Assembly: GCA_010909165.1 (NCBI GenBank)
Contig: VJWM01000117.1
Location: forward strand, 868,001 to 932,000
Source of the DNA: Anthoceros angustus
Lineage: Eukaryota; Plantae; Anthocerotophyta
Direction of reading: 5' to 3'
DNA length: 64,000 nt
In this document: in pieces, positions 1-17,019 of the stretch
How positions within the stretch are numbered: the first letter of the stretch is position 1
Layout: each line of letters begins with the position of its first letter
Notes under the pieces: generated by a model
What the model saw: the letters and a program-made list of their open reading frames with translations, nothing else
Told to the model about the DNA's origin: nothing
The model's database searches: none
Position numbers and translations under genes: made by a program

Positions 1-519
1 TATGTGCAGACTAGAGAGCAAGCAACGTGTTTGTGGCCAGCACTGGTAACGGAGATGGTATGCTAGAGACATTATGTAGCACTGTTTGCAGCAAACCTAT
101 GAGCTCGTCACACGGCGTGTTCTCGATTGCGTTTCTCAGCCAGTTGTGGGATATGGAGCTATTGCATTATAGATAGTTCCGGTACCGGTGACATGTTTCG
201 TGCTTCAGGCCTCGTAGATCGTTTGAATTGATAAATTGTCAAATGTGCAGAGAAACGACATACCTGCAAGTTCACAGGTTTTGAAATTGGGGTGCTAGCA
301 AGCTGGAGGTTATACTCATGGTGGACCTCCTGCTCCTGCAATTGGGATTTTGCAGCTGGACTCTGGAGGCCTTCTTTCCCAGGCTTTAGAAAATCCTGCT
401 GTCAGGAGAGATCATGGTTCTCCACAATCTCTGGCAGTTCACTCAAGTTTGCTTTAGACATGTCCAAAGGGTAACCAATACACATGCACGGACTTGTGAA
501 AGCAGTGCGTCCAAGGTGA

Positions 520-725
520 GATACCGATTGCAAATCACCTCTTCAATGTCCACTGGCTCACTCGGCTAGCAAGAGACATTGCCTGAAGAGACATCCGTCA
601 TCTGGATGCACCAGGCTACACCCGCCATGAAGGAGACAGTAAAGTGGACTTTGAGTTGGTCCAGAGAATGAAACAGGATGGCTTGCAACCAGCCGGTATC
701 GCATTCCTTAGTGTACTGACTGAGG
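520..725 (+). pseudogene. Degenerate PLS-class PPR fragment
   Basis: One frame reads GYTRHEGDSKVDFELVQRMKQDGLQPAGIAFLSVLT, resembling a PPR motif (GY..hG...A.ELF.RM..EG..PD..TF.SVL). There is no intact ORF. Confidence 0.5.
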
Positions 726-1230
726 CGGATGCTAGGATGGCGGCAGGAGTTAGGATGGCGGCAGGTGCACGGCCGGATTTTTGATCAAGGAAGGACGATT
801 TCTCTGCCTAAGTCTGTTTCCTTCAGGAGTCCTGCGGGTGCCCCAGGGAAACTGTCGTGACCTGGCGGGACCCTGTCTACTCAGTTTACAGGGTCCAGCC
901 CTGAAACTGATCCCTGATGTATCCACTTCTGGCTGGGTAGGATAGATTTTTGGTTTGTGAATGTTCTAGTGATGTCGTGAGCTTCCTCTGGACTGCAGAA
1001 TTAGGATCAGCAGCTGTACGTGTCATGAGATGGCAGGGTTTGAGCTGCTGCACGGTACTGTACGAAGAAAGTGATCCCGAAAACATTACTGACAAACACC
1101 TTTGGCTTGTTCGCAGATACGTAACTACATTCACTGACGGAGGCATCACTGAATACAGTAATCTGCAAACAAGCCGAAGGTGGTTTATCATTAATGCTTG
1201 TCGAGGTGACCTTGTCACAAGTGGGAAGCC

Positions 1231-4075
<2,845 letters not shown>

Positions 4076-4521
4076 TGGGAGCTACTCAAACGACGTGTGT
4101 TGCAGCATCACCCAGGATTTGGTACATGACTGGAGGAGCGATCTGCACCACGTGATTGGGTAGTGGTATAAGGATGTGTAGCCAATCCTGCTTTGTTTCA
4201 CATCAGTCTTTGCTGATGGCCACCTCTGAATTCATCTTTTGAGTGGTTCAAGATTGTGACTCTTGAACACGTTCCAGAATTCATGAACAACAGCAGGCCC
4301 CTGGTTGGTGAAGGGAGGATGCTCCGGTCTGAGCATGCATGAATGGCCAGGAATGACACCCTGCCCTGCTCCATGAGTAATGGCTATTTCAAACTTCCAT
4401 CTGTGCATCAGTATCTTGTAACAACGGCCAAGCCGGGGGACAAGCAAGAGGCCTGCAGCTGGCTGCAAGAGCTTGCTTAACTGATCACAGCAGTTCCATT
4501 ATGTTATGTTCGCTGCAAAAA

Positions 4522-4692
4522 GGTACTTGCTCACACCTTTCGAGTCTTTTCCATCGCCGCTCAAGTCGGCCACTTCTCCGGGATCCTCTACCACATCTTG
4601 GACCTTGAGCTTGGCAAGAGCGTCCTCCAGAGGTGGGCTCTTCTTCACGGACGGGCAATTCATGGTCCAACACTCACAGGACGACGCGATGG
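4522..4692 (-). pseudogene. MAP2: Inverted copy of MAP2 exon 1 region
   Basis: The reverse complement matches ~18670-18852 (MNCPSVKKSPPLEDALAKLKVQDVVEDPGE..GDGKDSK plus the intron donor). Confidence 0.85.
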
Positions 4693-5829
<1,137 letters not shown>

Positions 5830-6009
5830 TAAGCGCCTTCTCCTCCCCCGAGTGCGCGTTTGTATAAGCTGTTTTGAAGCCGTATCAGCAGCTGCGGCGG
5901 TCTTTGGTTGTACACAAGTTTGGTAATTGTAATTGGTCGGTTTATGGAATTCTTCAAGGTGTGTAGCCTTGGCCGTGTTTGTTCTCGAAGATCGTGGTAA
6001 TCTGTACCT

Positions 6010-6930
6010 TCAAACATGGATGATGCCCGCATCGAGGGCAGCATCACAAGCTTGGCAAGGCACTTGGCGCAGTCCCTTACAAGCTTTGCAAACCAAGGTG
6101 AGGTCGTCGGCAGGACCGGGTTGCATCATCTCGCTCTTCTGCAACCATCCCATGCTCCATCTCTCCCTGTCCTGTAGGGAACAACAGAGCAGGGTGGGTA
6201 ACCATGGCGGGTCGTCACTGCCAGATGCACGACTTGACAATCCAGCCACATACCTTCAAGTTCCTAGAATTCACCCAGAATCGAGAGCTGTGGTCGCAGG
6301 TTGCAACCATCTCCAGGAACCAGCCCTGTCCCTCGGTTCTGCGCTTCGAGGCCACCAGAAAGTGGCGCCACCCGAAGGTCCTCTCCATGGCTGTCCACTT
6401 GGACCCCACGATCCTCTCCATAGCCACGGGATTGGAGGCGTGGTACCCGCCCTTGGCAAGCCTTCCCTGCCCCTTGCACGCCCGGCAAGCCACCTGACGC
6501 ATTCCTGAATTCACACCACGCCGGGTGGGGTCACATCGCTCAGTCAGGCTCCCTCACCATGGGCTTCTGGAAGCTGGCATGCAAGCGTCAGGTGCAGAAC
6601 TCTTCCAACCTCTGCACTTCAGGCACCTGGCCTTGGGGTATAGGTCATCCAGCCTTTTAACGAACTGGGATCCAGACGCAGGGCCTTCTCCTTCTCCCCC
6701 TCCCTCTCCCTCTCCCTCTCCCTTTGCTTCTGCCAGTGCTCTGCATTGCAGTCTCATCGTCGCAGTGGAGCGTGTGATTTGAAGCACATATCCTGCTCCT
6801 GGGACACACACGCGCCTCAGCCTGTGAGTAGATTGCACCGAATTGCCCTATCATGGCTAGGGTATATGGACCTGATTCCAGCCACCGTCCAATACCGATT
6901 CCGTGCCAGCATAGAGCGGGACATCTCGAC
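6010..6930 (-). CDS. DnaJ-type Zn-finger / Trp-rich DUF2389 (TIGR02450-like) protein, probably plastid-targeted
   Basis: Exons give ARCLKCRGWK..VACRACKGQG, then IVGSKWTAMERTFGWRHFLVASKRR..LEMVATCDHSSRFWVNSRNLK / DRERWSMGW (DUF2389 signature SKWTA..RHF..W..L.D..RW..GW), then VCKACKGLRQVPCQAC..IIHV*. The start position is uncertain. Confidence 0.75.
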
Positions 6931-7261
6931 ACAGCCATCTCGTGCTTCAGTCCATGGACAGGAGCTTTGGCCCCTGATCCGCCAAAGAAAAAAATCCCGG
7001 GTCCGAGACACTCCATGCACTCTATGTAAATCAATTAACCCTGTGCTCTGCCGACGAACCTATTAATCCTAATTAATGCACGTAGGCATTTGTCCGTTAC
7101 AGGAAGGATCAGACCTCGAGTTTGAGATTATGAGAAACGTTCCGCGATGTAAATTCATCTTTATGTAGCTACTGTCTGCGGTTCGAGATGGTCATGTCTA
7201 GCTCATTTCCGAAAACCCAAGAGAACAACCATTTACAGAGATAGTTCAACCACCATTTCTC

Positions 7262-7306
7262 GTATAGTGCACATACTCTATTTACCAATATAGTATGTGC
7301 TCTATA
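7262..7306. repeat. ~45 bp AT-rich inverted repeat (hairpin)
   Basis: gtatagtgcacatact...agtatgtgctctatac arms with one mismatch, followed by an A-tract. Confidence 0.6.
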
Positions 7307-7850
7307 CAAAAAAAAGCTAATCGTCTCACGGAGAGGACTCAAGCAAATTCATACGTATGACCTTCCCTCACCCAAACCTAAACTCGCAACCTCTCTTTTC
7401 ATCACTCACGACCTATTGCCTGAAATTATTTCTCAATGGAGAAAACCATATACGGCCAGCACCTGCATCACAGAATGTGCACATCCAATCAGTGTTCGTC
7501 CAACAAGAGGACTTCGACCCCTTTTCACAAAGCGGACGCCCCCAAAGACGGACACCTACTGGGAAACAGTAAGTGCCACTTCGTTCCTTAGGATTGGCGC
7601 CCGCACGTTCACACCAAGGCCTCCCCTACGATAAAACAATCCTGAGTGAGAAACTTGCACAAATGCGCATCATCAAACTGCAAATTTTGTGTAGGCCGGC
7701 TATGGAATGGACAGTACAAGCTCACGTCGGATTCGATACTTACAACCGCTGAAATGAGTACATCTGTTGCAGCCCATCTCAAGGGAACCAAGAACTGTGC
7801 TTGACATCAGGTAGGAGGACGTCATGCATGGTCTTGGTAAGGATAGAATA

Positions 7851-10800
7851 CTACATCATTAGCTGCTGCAGCTGGCTAAGAATAGAAGGAGGGAGCCGAG
7901 CCATGGCAGCATTGAATGCAGCTTCACCATGCAGAGCTGCACAAGTGTTCAGTTTCTCCTTCAGCATGGGGCCAAAGGTGACTTTTGACTGGATCTGTGT
8001 TGAACGCCTGCAGCCACACGGCAAGACCAGTAAAAAATGCAATCATTAATGCCCAAAGCCCTAGAGTTTCTTGTGTCGGAAAAAACCTGACTCTTCCTAG
8101 CATCCCCACTTTCGGCACTTCCAGATATACTGTCACTGTCCTCGCTGTCACAACAATCGGCATTACGTTAAGCAGCATGTGGACTGCGGACAGTAAATGC
8201 ACAGGCAGCACCTAAAGCTCCTTGGCTCACCTTGCAATAACCCTTTTGGTCTCTCTCGGTGTCACACAAGACACTTGTACAGACACTGCACAAGACAATA
8301 TACATAACAAGTCAGTATTCACATGTTTTAGTCAAACAGTAATCCAACAGTAGTAACCTTGCACACCTCAAAATTTGGTCGAGTCTATCCAAAATTTGTG
8401 GCTCCTGAGTGTCAGCAGAATGCAAAGGGCCAGCGCACACCTTCCTCTTGTCATTTGTTGTCAGCGAGTCGACCTTCACATGGACAGGCTGGGCTAATCA
8501 GTTACCCTGGAAGGGCCTCTGCCTGGAATAGACTTCATGACCTATGCTCTAGTTTGTCAAAAGATCACTTACAAAAGAGAAGTATACAAGCATAAGTTGT
8601 CACATAAGTGGAAACACGACTACCTTGTCCAGCCAGGCATCAATGAATGGGAAGAGTGCACTTTGACCAACTACAACCCCTGTCTGTTTCAGAGCAAGGG
8701 CGAGGGATGGTTGCGAGGTGAGTTGGGCAAAGAACAAGCTATTTTGTACAAGGACTCTTCCCAGAACTGCTCCAGATGATGCCCTCACAGTGTCACTCTC
8801 ACTTTCACCAGTGATCACCAAGATAAAAGCTTCTGAGATACAGTAATTTAAGAAAAAGTTTTAGGTCCTGAACACTGTCAACATAGCAGCAAGGCAACTG
8901 AACCACAGAAAGGACAGACATCAGTTACCTGGAGAACACCTTCCAGAAGGGGTGGAGCTTCGCCTGGAAACCACTGCACAACCAACACTTAGCAGGTGTG
9001 AGCATATGGATAATTCAAAATTTTCTTTTCCACAACGATGGATAGGTTTCCATTGCAATATCATGTACATGCGCACCTGAATGAGAGTATCAACGACGGG
9101 CAAGGTGCACAACATCCTTCTCTTTCACATTTCCAATAACTAGATCAAGGATCTTGACAACACCAGCTGCATGCTCAAGAAAATCAGCCCCACCAAGGAG
9201 GATGTAATTTGTAGTTATCTTCATAGCAACCTGAGTGCATGAACTGAACATGAAGCCTCACCAATAACAAGCAAAAATGCAATAAGAACCTAGTTACTGA
9301 CAGGTATAACAAGATAACTTTTTACAAAGTTGCATACCTCTAAATGGTCGAAGTTTCTCTCCATGGCCAAGACCAAGTGTGGATACAGATTAAGAAGCCG
9401 AGGCACCATAGCTGGAGCATGCTTTAGAGTAGTTTGCCACAGCTGCATTTGGTGGCAATGGACAAGAGCACGCAGTTACAAGCAAATACTTCAAGTGACT
9501 ACAGAAATCTGGCATAAAAGCTTAGCAGAATATTTTGTTACCTGTAAACCATCCTCCAGCATTGTCAGTTCGTCTGGTTGGTTGACATTGGTGCAAATTT
9601 CTAATATTGGAAAGAGCAGCTCATAGCACATGGGCGAATTGGGACCAAGTGAGCTAAGCAGCCTTTGTAGACCTAAAATCGCTTGAATCCGCATCAAACT
9701 CTGTCCAGCTGAGTCTTGCCACACCTGATGTTCATTGTCATTATTCAACACATGAGACCCTTAGCAACAATAGGCTGCACTGAATTTCAGCTGCTCCAAA
9801 GTATGGACACACAGGTAAGATGCTTATGCCTCCAAAACCTGTGCAACTCTGCAGGCTGAAGCGTAGTCTCAACACTATGAGGATGCTGCTAAAGCCATAA
9901 GTCAGCTGACCATGCAGCAGGCCAGTGTCAGCACCAGACCTTACCTGGGGTAAAAATGCAAGAACTTTGTCCACGCAGCAAATGACTTTCTCACCAAGGC
10001 GGTCAACTATCACTGATACAAGCTCAAAAATTTGAAGCTGTGAACAAAGCCAAAGAAAGAATCATGATCGACAGAGCATAGCACAAGAGTGTAACTGAAG
10101 TCAATTATCACAACTTAATTACCTTGGATTCAAACTCCTGGCATGTTTTCATCAGGTTGATCGAAAGTTGCAGACAACTTGGCACAAATTCGACAAAGTC
10201 GTCTTCATAGAATGAGCAGTCGTCTACTAAGTTTCTTAATGAATGACAGGCAGCCAGCTGTGGCACACAGAAATCCATGAAGTTAAACAAGTAGTACCTA
10301 AAACTCACAGGTGCTGAGCCTACAGATGAGATTGGAATACTGAGGGCCTTACTTGAACTGCCAAGTCATTGTCTCCCAGAAGTCCTAACAGGGATGCATA
10401 TACAGAACGCCTCAACCCTTCCTTGATCTATTGCAGTGTCATTTAGTTAGCTTCAACACAGACCATGGCCTACAAGCTGCAACTTTTCATGACAAAGAGT
10501 TCACCACAACAACGTATGCACCACAAGATGTCTCACTATCTATATATCTTGCCAGGTGCTTCCGTTCTCAGGGGAGAGCAGGTCCCTTTAGACATGAGGC
10601 ACCAGATGGCAGACACAACCACCAAGGTGCTAGAGTAGAAACAAATTCCAAAGTATTGCTTCTTGGAGGATATAACACTGCCATAATTTGTGTGTGGGAC
10701 GTACCTTGCTCACCCACTGGCCCAAAAGAAATGCCACCCTTCTCCGTAGAATACGATTGTTTGGATGCTGGTTGTAAATTTCCTGTGAAAGGGTATTTTC

Positions 10801-12145
10801 ATACCTGCAGTTACAGCGCCATGCCAAGAGATTAAGACCCTCCTTGCTTAAGCAAAAGGTCATTCCTGCTAATTAAACGTGAAAATCAATATCCAGAACC
10901 ATCCTGATCTATTTTCATTTGAATGCAAAGAGGCTAGAGACAAACCATGATCTGAAGTCAATATAGTCATAGAGGTCATAGTTGCTGTCCCAACTGCATT
11001 GTAAGCAGCTTCTTTGTACAGGAGTGCACCAGTTATAGGAATTTCTGCAGCTTGAGGTTGAAGCGGGTATCCATCACATGACTGTTTGAGCATTTCCACC
11101 ACCATGTGTGCCAGGATCTGGGAAAGCAGGCAGAACATAAGACGCCCAAAACTTACGCTGTGAGCAAATCCAAGATACGGCTAAGCTAGTTCGAGCCTGG
11201 TCAGTGGTCCCAGTAGAGTTAGGCAACATGGATGTCACACCTCCCGATACTTTTCAAACAGCACAAGATATAAGGCCTCCGCAGGGCCGCAGCTTCTCCC
11301 TTTCCTGTACCACACCTTGCTCATGGTGGAATGCCTCTGCATCTCTAGCCCACTCCTCAAGATCATCTGATGTGAGGACAAAATATCTCGCACAACCAAT
11401 AAGGGAATGAGAAACAGGAATCTCAAAAGGAGACATTAACGTATCAATCAGGCACCATTATGGCAATAGTAAGCTCACCTCTTCACCAGACCTTCACACA
11501 AAAGCAGCAGGTGCTTCTCTGGCAGGAGTGACTGAACAGTCTCTTCAGCCTGCCTTGATAGAGCGGCCTTAGCATCTTCAATAGGATTTGAGGCCCCAAC
11601 AACCCGCCCATATTTCGTGGGCCTATACGCATTACATTGAACTACGGACTTGATGAACATCATGCACCGGATGACAAACTGATCAAAACAACGGGGCTCC
11701 CACTTCACTTCTGTGACCTGTGAAAAGCAGAATTGGAAAACAGGTGGCAGCACGGTTTTGTTGCTGAAAGAATAAGGATGAGTCTCCTGCATTTCGGTTA
11801 AAATCTTCATCAACTTCAAGCAAGCCTTCTCGATAAACTCAGAAAGAATTATCCTTGGGGCAGCAGCTCCTGACCATAACAAGAAGCAGCAAAGGCAATA
11901 AGCTTTCAAAGACTTGGTTGGCAATCCTTTCTCCCACAAACAGTCAAAAAGGTCGTTATACATATTCGGAGGCATCACTTACTGCAGAGCAGTAATGACT
12001 GTACAGCTTGTAGAAAACGCGGTGCAACTTCCGTAACAGCAGGAACCTCCTACACGTCAGAAAGTAGTGCATAAACATGGCAGTAATTCTTAAATTAGTA
12101 CATAAGACAGGCCTAGGCAGCAAGACATACTTGAACAGCCGGTGC
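7851..12145 (-). pseudogene. KA120: Importin-11 / KA120-like karyopherin, multi-exon, 5'-truncated
   Basis: Exons EVPAVTEVAPRFLQA, EKACLKLMKILTEMQETHPYSF, YFVLTSDDLEEWARDAEAFHHEQ..LRPC, LLYKEAAYNA, ILRRRVAFLLGQWV, NSPMCYELLFPIL, ELTMLEDGLQ and C-terminal LHGEAAFNAAMARLPPSILSQLQQLMM*. No N-terminal IBN_N exons were found upstream. Confidence 0.8.
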
Positions 12146-12420
12146 AGCCTGCAATCAGTGCTTTCCAATGACAGTGCCTCTTTCAGGCAATGCGTCAAAC
12201 ACCTGCTGTGCATCAACCATGCTGCTGGACTTCCCATACATGTGAATCAAACTGCCAGCTACAAACACATGAGCTTGGAGCCGCTGTCCTACAATCTGCC
12301 TGCGTCACCCAAAAGTCACGGAATCGGGTACAACCATGCCTTCCTGACATCTCTTCGGTTGGAGAGCCCTCAACGATGGCTTCCACCAAAGCGAGGATAA
12401 ATTTTGTGCCTTCTCGGCAT
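12140..12420 (-). pseudogene. Degenerate PLS-class PPR fragment abutting the importin-11 break
   Basis: The minus strand reads EGMVVPDSVTF..GQRL.AHVFVAGSLIHMYGKSSSMVDAQQVFDALPERGTVI(W)KALIAG, a typical L-S-P PPR signature, with stops and frameshifts. Confidence 0.75.
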
Positions 12421-12789
12421 CTCTGAAACATAGTTCTCCCATGACTGGTTGAGAAAACGACGAGACAGTCACTCACAGAAAGGCAGGGGTCGAACCTCCC
12501 CAGCTCTCTTGCTGACGAGATGGCTTCTCTTCGACGTCTTAGGCCTTGACGGTTGTCCGTGCCTCGACAAGCATATGATAAAACATAAGGGCGACAAGCC
12601 AAAGGTGTATGCGAAAACAAAGATTGAGCTACTCCCGAGCTGTCAGTCCGGTCTGGATCTCTTAGGGACTGGACTAATGAGTCGCCCTCAACAAGCTCGT
12701 GGTTGTCGACTGATCTGGAGGATCACCAAGCGTATGAGCTGAAGAGAGATGTGAGCTGCTAGACTTCCAAGTCAGCAATCATTCTACTC

Positions 12790-13600
12790 CTAAATAACCG
12801 AGAGGAAGCTGCAGCTGCAGCTGCTGCAAACGCAGCTCCCGGCCTCAAGTGACGTTGGAGGCCCCTGACTTGAGAAAGTATTCCTTACCTCCCACCCCCG
12901 ACAAAGCTCGCTCCCGCTTTCTGTCTCCCTCAAACAAGTTGGTGCTCGTACTCTGAAACATATCCTCCGGCATCCCACCATCTTCCCTGCCTAGGGCCTC
13001 TGAGCTGGATTGGGAGATGCCAGACGCAGAGCTCTGAACGTCAGACAGAGCACCCACGCACAGGGAATCGGCGCCCACTCCAGCAGCTGCGCAGCCAAGT
13101 CGGCCAGCAATTTCTCGTCATCCAAGGCACCAGCAGATGGTGCAGTTTCTGGTGGCAGCACATCCTGGTCCTCCACCTCCACATCGTCACCCTCATCCTG
13201 GGAGTCCAAACTGCACGGCTCTGAACTGTCGGCGTGTCGCAAATCCTCCTCCAAAACCGGCCTCCTGCAGGCAAGGCTGGGCTGGCAACAGCAGGGCCCA
13301 CCTCAATCTCCTCGAATTGGTCCACATCCACGTTCTCCGGCCCGTGCCGCGTGGCAATCCTTGAGGATATCATCGATCCGCCTGTGGAGGCCTGTACCTC
13401 CATGTTCATCACTGTCATCCTCGTCGCTGCTTTCAGCATCCAGCAATGCATCCAGATCAGAATCATCAGAGAACGTCGTGGGCGCCTCCTCCTGGTGCGC
13501 AATTCAATTTACGCAGCGATGGTGAACCTTCACCAAATTCAGCTTCCTTCTTCTTCTCCTTCTCCTTCTCCGTCTCTCCTCCAGTTAATCATCTCTAATG
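12790..13600 (-). other. Unidentified acidic low-complexity coding-like remnant
   Basis: Broken frames encode DDSDLDALLDAESSDEDDSDE and SQDEGDDVEVEDQD..LDDEKLLADLAAQLLEW. No family was recognised. Confidence 0.3.
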
Positions 13601-14233
13601 CAACCAGAAAGTTCAACTTTGGAAATGACATACTATTTCACCAAATGTCCTTCACTGCCCAATTGATCCGAGCACATAGCCAGTGCCCAAAAAAGTAATG
13701 CATTGCGTTGGTTGCTCCACTTGCAACCGGCAAGCACCGAATTCCATCCTAGTAGATCTTGCATCAACGTCTCTGGATCTCAAAAGCCAGTCCTAGAGCT
13801 GAGTTGCATACTGCTCAGCTGGTGCAGCAAAACAGACCAGCTTTTCGCCCGATCATTAGACTGACGAACCGTGCGCAGGCAAATGCCCAGACCTCGAAAC
13901 CCTAACCACATTCTCGTGATGCCCAAGGTTGCTGTTGCTGTTGCTGCCGGTGTGTTGCTGCTGCTCTTCTATGTTCTAGGATGCGGAGCGGTCCTTAATG
14001 ACCGCATTAAACCGATATCAACTGCCATGGCTGTTTTCATTGAGCTGGTTCTCACACTGCCGCCTGCGTTGCATTGCAGAACTCCGTTCCGTGCGACCCA
14101 GGCTTCCATCTCATCATCTTGGGAGGCCTTGCATGAGCTTTCTTCAAATCGCATCCGCTGGGATGTGATGTGTATCTGACCTTACGATTGACTACTGAAG
14201 CTGGTCTTCTCGAACGATGAGGACATAGCAACA

Positions 14234-14383
14234 CAAGACAGCTGGTGTACAGAAGAATTCACAATGCACCCTTTCTCCTCTCCCGGAGGAGACTAGGACT
14301 GATCGTCTCAAGACAGCTGGTGTACAGAAGAATTCACAATGCACCCTTTCTCCACTCCCGGAGGAGACTAGGACTGATCGTCT
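14234..14383. repeat. 75 bp direct tandem duplication
   Basis: caagacagctggtgtacagaagaattc...ggactgatcgtct occurs twice in tandem with one mismatch. Confidence 0.95.
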
Positions 14384-14623
14384 CGGGGAGGCGTGCCCAG
14401 AATGCGGGTCCAATACAGGGCGCAGGCAGCAGCCAAGAAGAATTTTATTGAAGTCCACTAAGGCCGGATTTCTGTGGGTACTTCACAACTTATACCATGG
14501 TGTGCCTAAGCTAATTGCACCAAGGGCATCCACTCCCTTTAGGCACCCCATCTAAGTATCGATCTAAGCTCAGGATGCTTAATCACGACGTTCTTATAAA
14601 TGTGTGTCCATTTGTCTAATGTG

Positions 14624-14735
14624 TGGAGCTTGGAGGTGTTTTAAGAGTAGTTGCGGCCAGGCCTTTGCACCTTTTTAGTCATTCTTTCTGCCCTCACCTT
14701 TGTATGCATCTGTCTTTCCTCTTTCCTTTATGGGT
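14624..14735. repeat. Dispersed repeat, second copy at ~22140-22258
   Basis: tggagctt.gaggtgttttaagagt.gttgcggcca.gcc.ttgcaccttttt...cctttatggg is shared by both sites. Confidence 0.75.
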
Positions 14736-15222
14736 AGTCACGTTTGATATGCCTTACCATTGATATCTAGACCTAGTTATTTTGGTTCTTTGTAGCACCA
14801 TGCAATACAGTGCAATACCTCTTGCAATCCTTTCTAAGTCTTTTGAATTTTAGTTTATATTACATTTTATAACATAAAATTATAAAAAATAATTTCTTCC
14901 TATACTTTTTGATTTTACCCCTAATCGTTTTATTTTCAATCTTTTTTCATCACCTAGTTTATTATAGAAATTCATAACTATCTTTACCAAATTTTTTTAA
15001 TTTATATTTATCTTATTTGTTATCATTCACAAATTATTTTTGCATCGGATCACACATCCTCAAATTTTTTTAACTCTCTTTAATCTTGATTTGTATTTAT
15101 GTATTGAATTCACGTGTACCAGCAATTCGCACGGGGAGACCTCACATGCCCCGTGATGCGGGAATCCGACCCATGTGGCTTTTTAAATTTTAGAAGTTTT
15201 TGGTTTGAAAGGTTCAAAGAGA

Positions 15223-17019
15223 AACATGATAATTTTTGAAGGGGGGAATATAGTAACCCCCTTCGATTGAGACAGCACCCCCTTGTCACGAAGAACACCT
15301 TTCCTAGAACAGCATATCTGCTCTACTTTGATAATGCGCACACCCTTTCTGAGGTCATACCTTTGATAAAAGATGCACTTTCAAGTCTACACCCGAGAAC
15401 TGGAGCACAGTAAGGTGTGGGCCCATTTGCGTTTTAGTAGAATGCATAGAGGGATGTCATTTTCATATGTTTATTACAACCAAAAACTTTTACTTTCAAG
15501 TGGTGGAACACAATGAAAACAATCCTGTACTAGCGGGAGTCTCAGTTCAGTGGTCGTGAGAACATTGCAACAAACAACTGCTAAAGGAGAAAGTGGTCAT
15601 CAGCATCGACAATAGCCATTGAAGAGTGCGGCCTGACGACTCATCCATGCCTTGCGCCGAAACTGAGTCAAGTACCACCGCCATATTCCGGAGGCGCTTC
15701 ATATCGTCCGCCTCAAAGTTGTCGTTCTCCTCCATTGCTTGCTCGTCTTCAATAGTATCATTCTTGGGCCCAGCGTCCGACGGTGTCGACTGCCACACAA
15801 CATCTAGGGTCTGCTGACCCTCATCCAAAAGGTCGCCAGTCGTGGTCTTCAACCTTCTGGCACTCAATGCAACCACTTGGGCTTTAAGGCAATGCCAGCG
15901 TCCTTAAAATGAACAAAGTTAGTTGCCCATGCGCCCATGCAAGCATCCTTAAAATGAACAAAGTTGAGTTATTAAGAAGATATGGGTTTTGAACACGGAA
16001 CCTATTCGTTAGGTCACCTTTCTCCCAATCGTTAGGTCACCTTTCTCCCAAAGACTTGACCAATGGTCCCAAGTTACAAATCTATTGAGCCGCTAAATAT
16101 TCATTTTCTTAAAGACAACCTATGAGGAGGGTAGGCGGTGTGTGCTGGGAGGCGTCGGCCCGTGCCCATGGGCAAGGCATGGCGTGTTGGGCGCCGGCCG
16201 GCGCCATCCATCCCCGCCACGACCACCTATAAACCCCGACGGGTGGTGAGGATAGGGAGGGCACCGGCCGGCCGCCTCCCTCCGCTGCCCATTATGGCCC
16301 TCCTTCCACGCACCCCCTATACGTGGCACTTCCATCGAAAATTCGAGGCTAACCTTAGAAGCAACCTTGGAATGAAGGCTAACCTTAGAAGCAAATGCCG
16401 TCTGGAATCGAGCCAACATCTGGTCGGTCGAGTGTAGAGGTACCTCCTCCCGGAAACATCTGTATGCGGTGGACAAAAAAGCAATAAGGGATAAGCTCTG
16501 CGAGTTGCGTGGCTTCAAACAACCTGCGAGTCAAAGTGCCGCTAAAGATAGTGATGACAATGCAGGAGAAGCTGGACCAAGTGATGACGAAGGATTGAAC
16601 TCTGGGGATGAGTCAAATTGAAATCTCGTTTTTTCCTGGGGTCCCAGAGTTAATGTTGTAAGTCTGGTTGCTGATGTTACTGTGTTAGGGAAATACCCCT
16701 ATCTGTGGCTTTTGTGGTGTCATAACAAAACCACATTTTCCTCCCAAAACTGAGTTTACAATCGTCCCTTCCCGGCAGGAACGGCCTTCCTCACGGTTCC
16801 TACTTTGCATTATTCGAGGTTCGAGTTTGCGACCACCATTCGACACAAACATTGCTGGATAGAAAGTAGTAACTTTGCTGGGTGACACCTTTTTTTTCGG
16901 AGATGTTTTTCGCAATGCCTTCAAAACGCTTTTTTGGGGCCCATCAAAAACCCCCTTCAGAGATTATTTGCGGAAAACCCCCTTCACGATTATTCACCCC
17001 CTTCAAAAATTATCATGTT
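15223..17019. mobile_element. Non-autonomous TIR DNA transposon, 1797 bp, 23 bp perfect TIRs, 4 bp TSD (GAGA)
   Basis: aacatgataatttttgaaggggg at 15223-15245 and its exact reverse complement at 16997-17019. GAGA flanks both ends (15219-15222, 17020-17023). Subterminal cccccttc motifs are repeated. Confidence 0.7.

Noticed and set aside
13650-13880. Additional PPR remnant (QDLLGWNSVLAGC..NALLF on the minus strand)
   Set aside because: Only one weak motif with stops; insufficient support.
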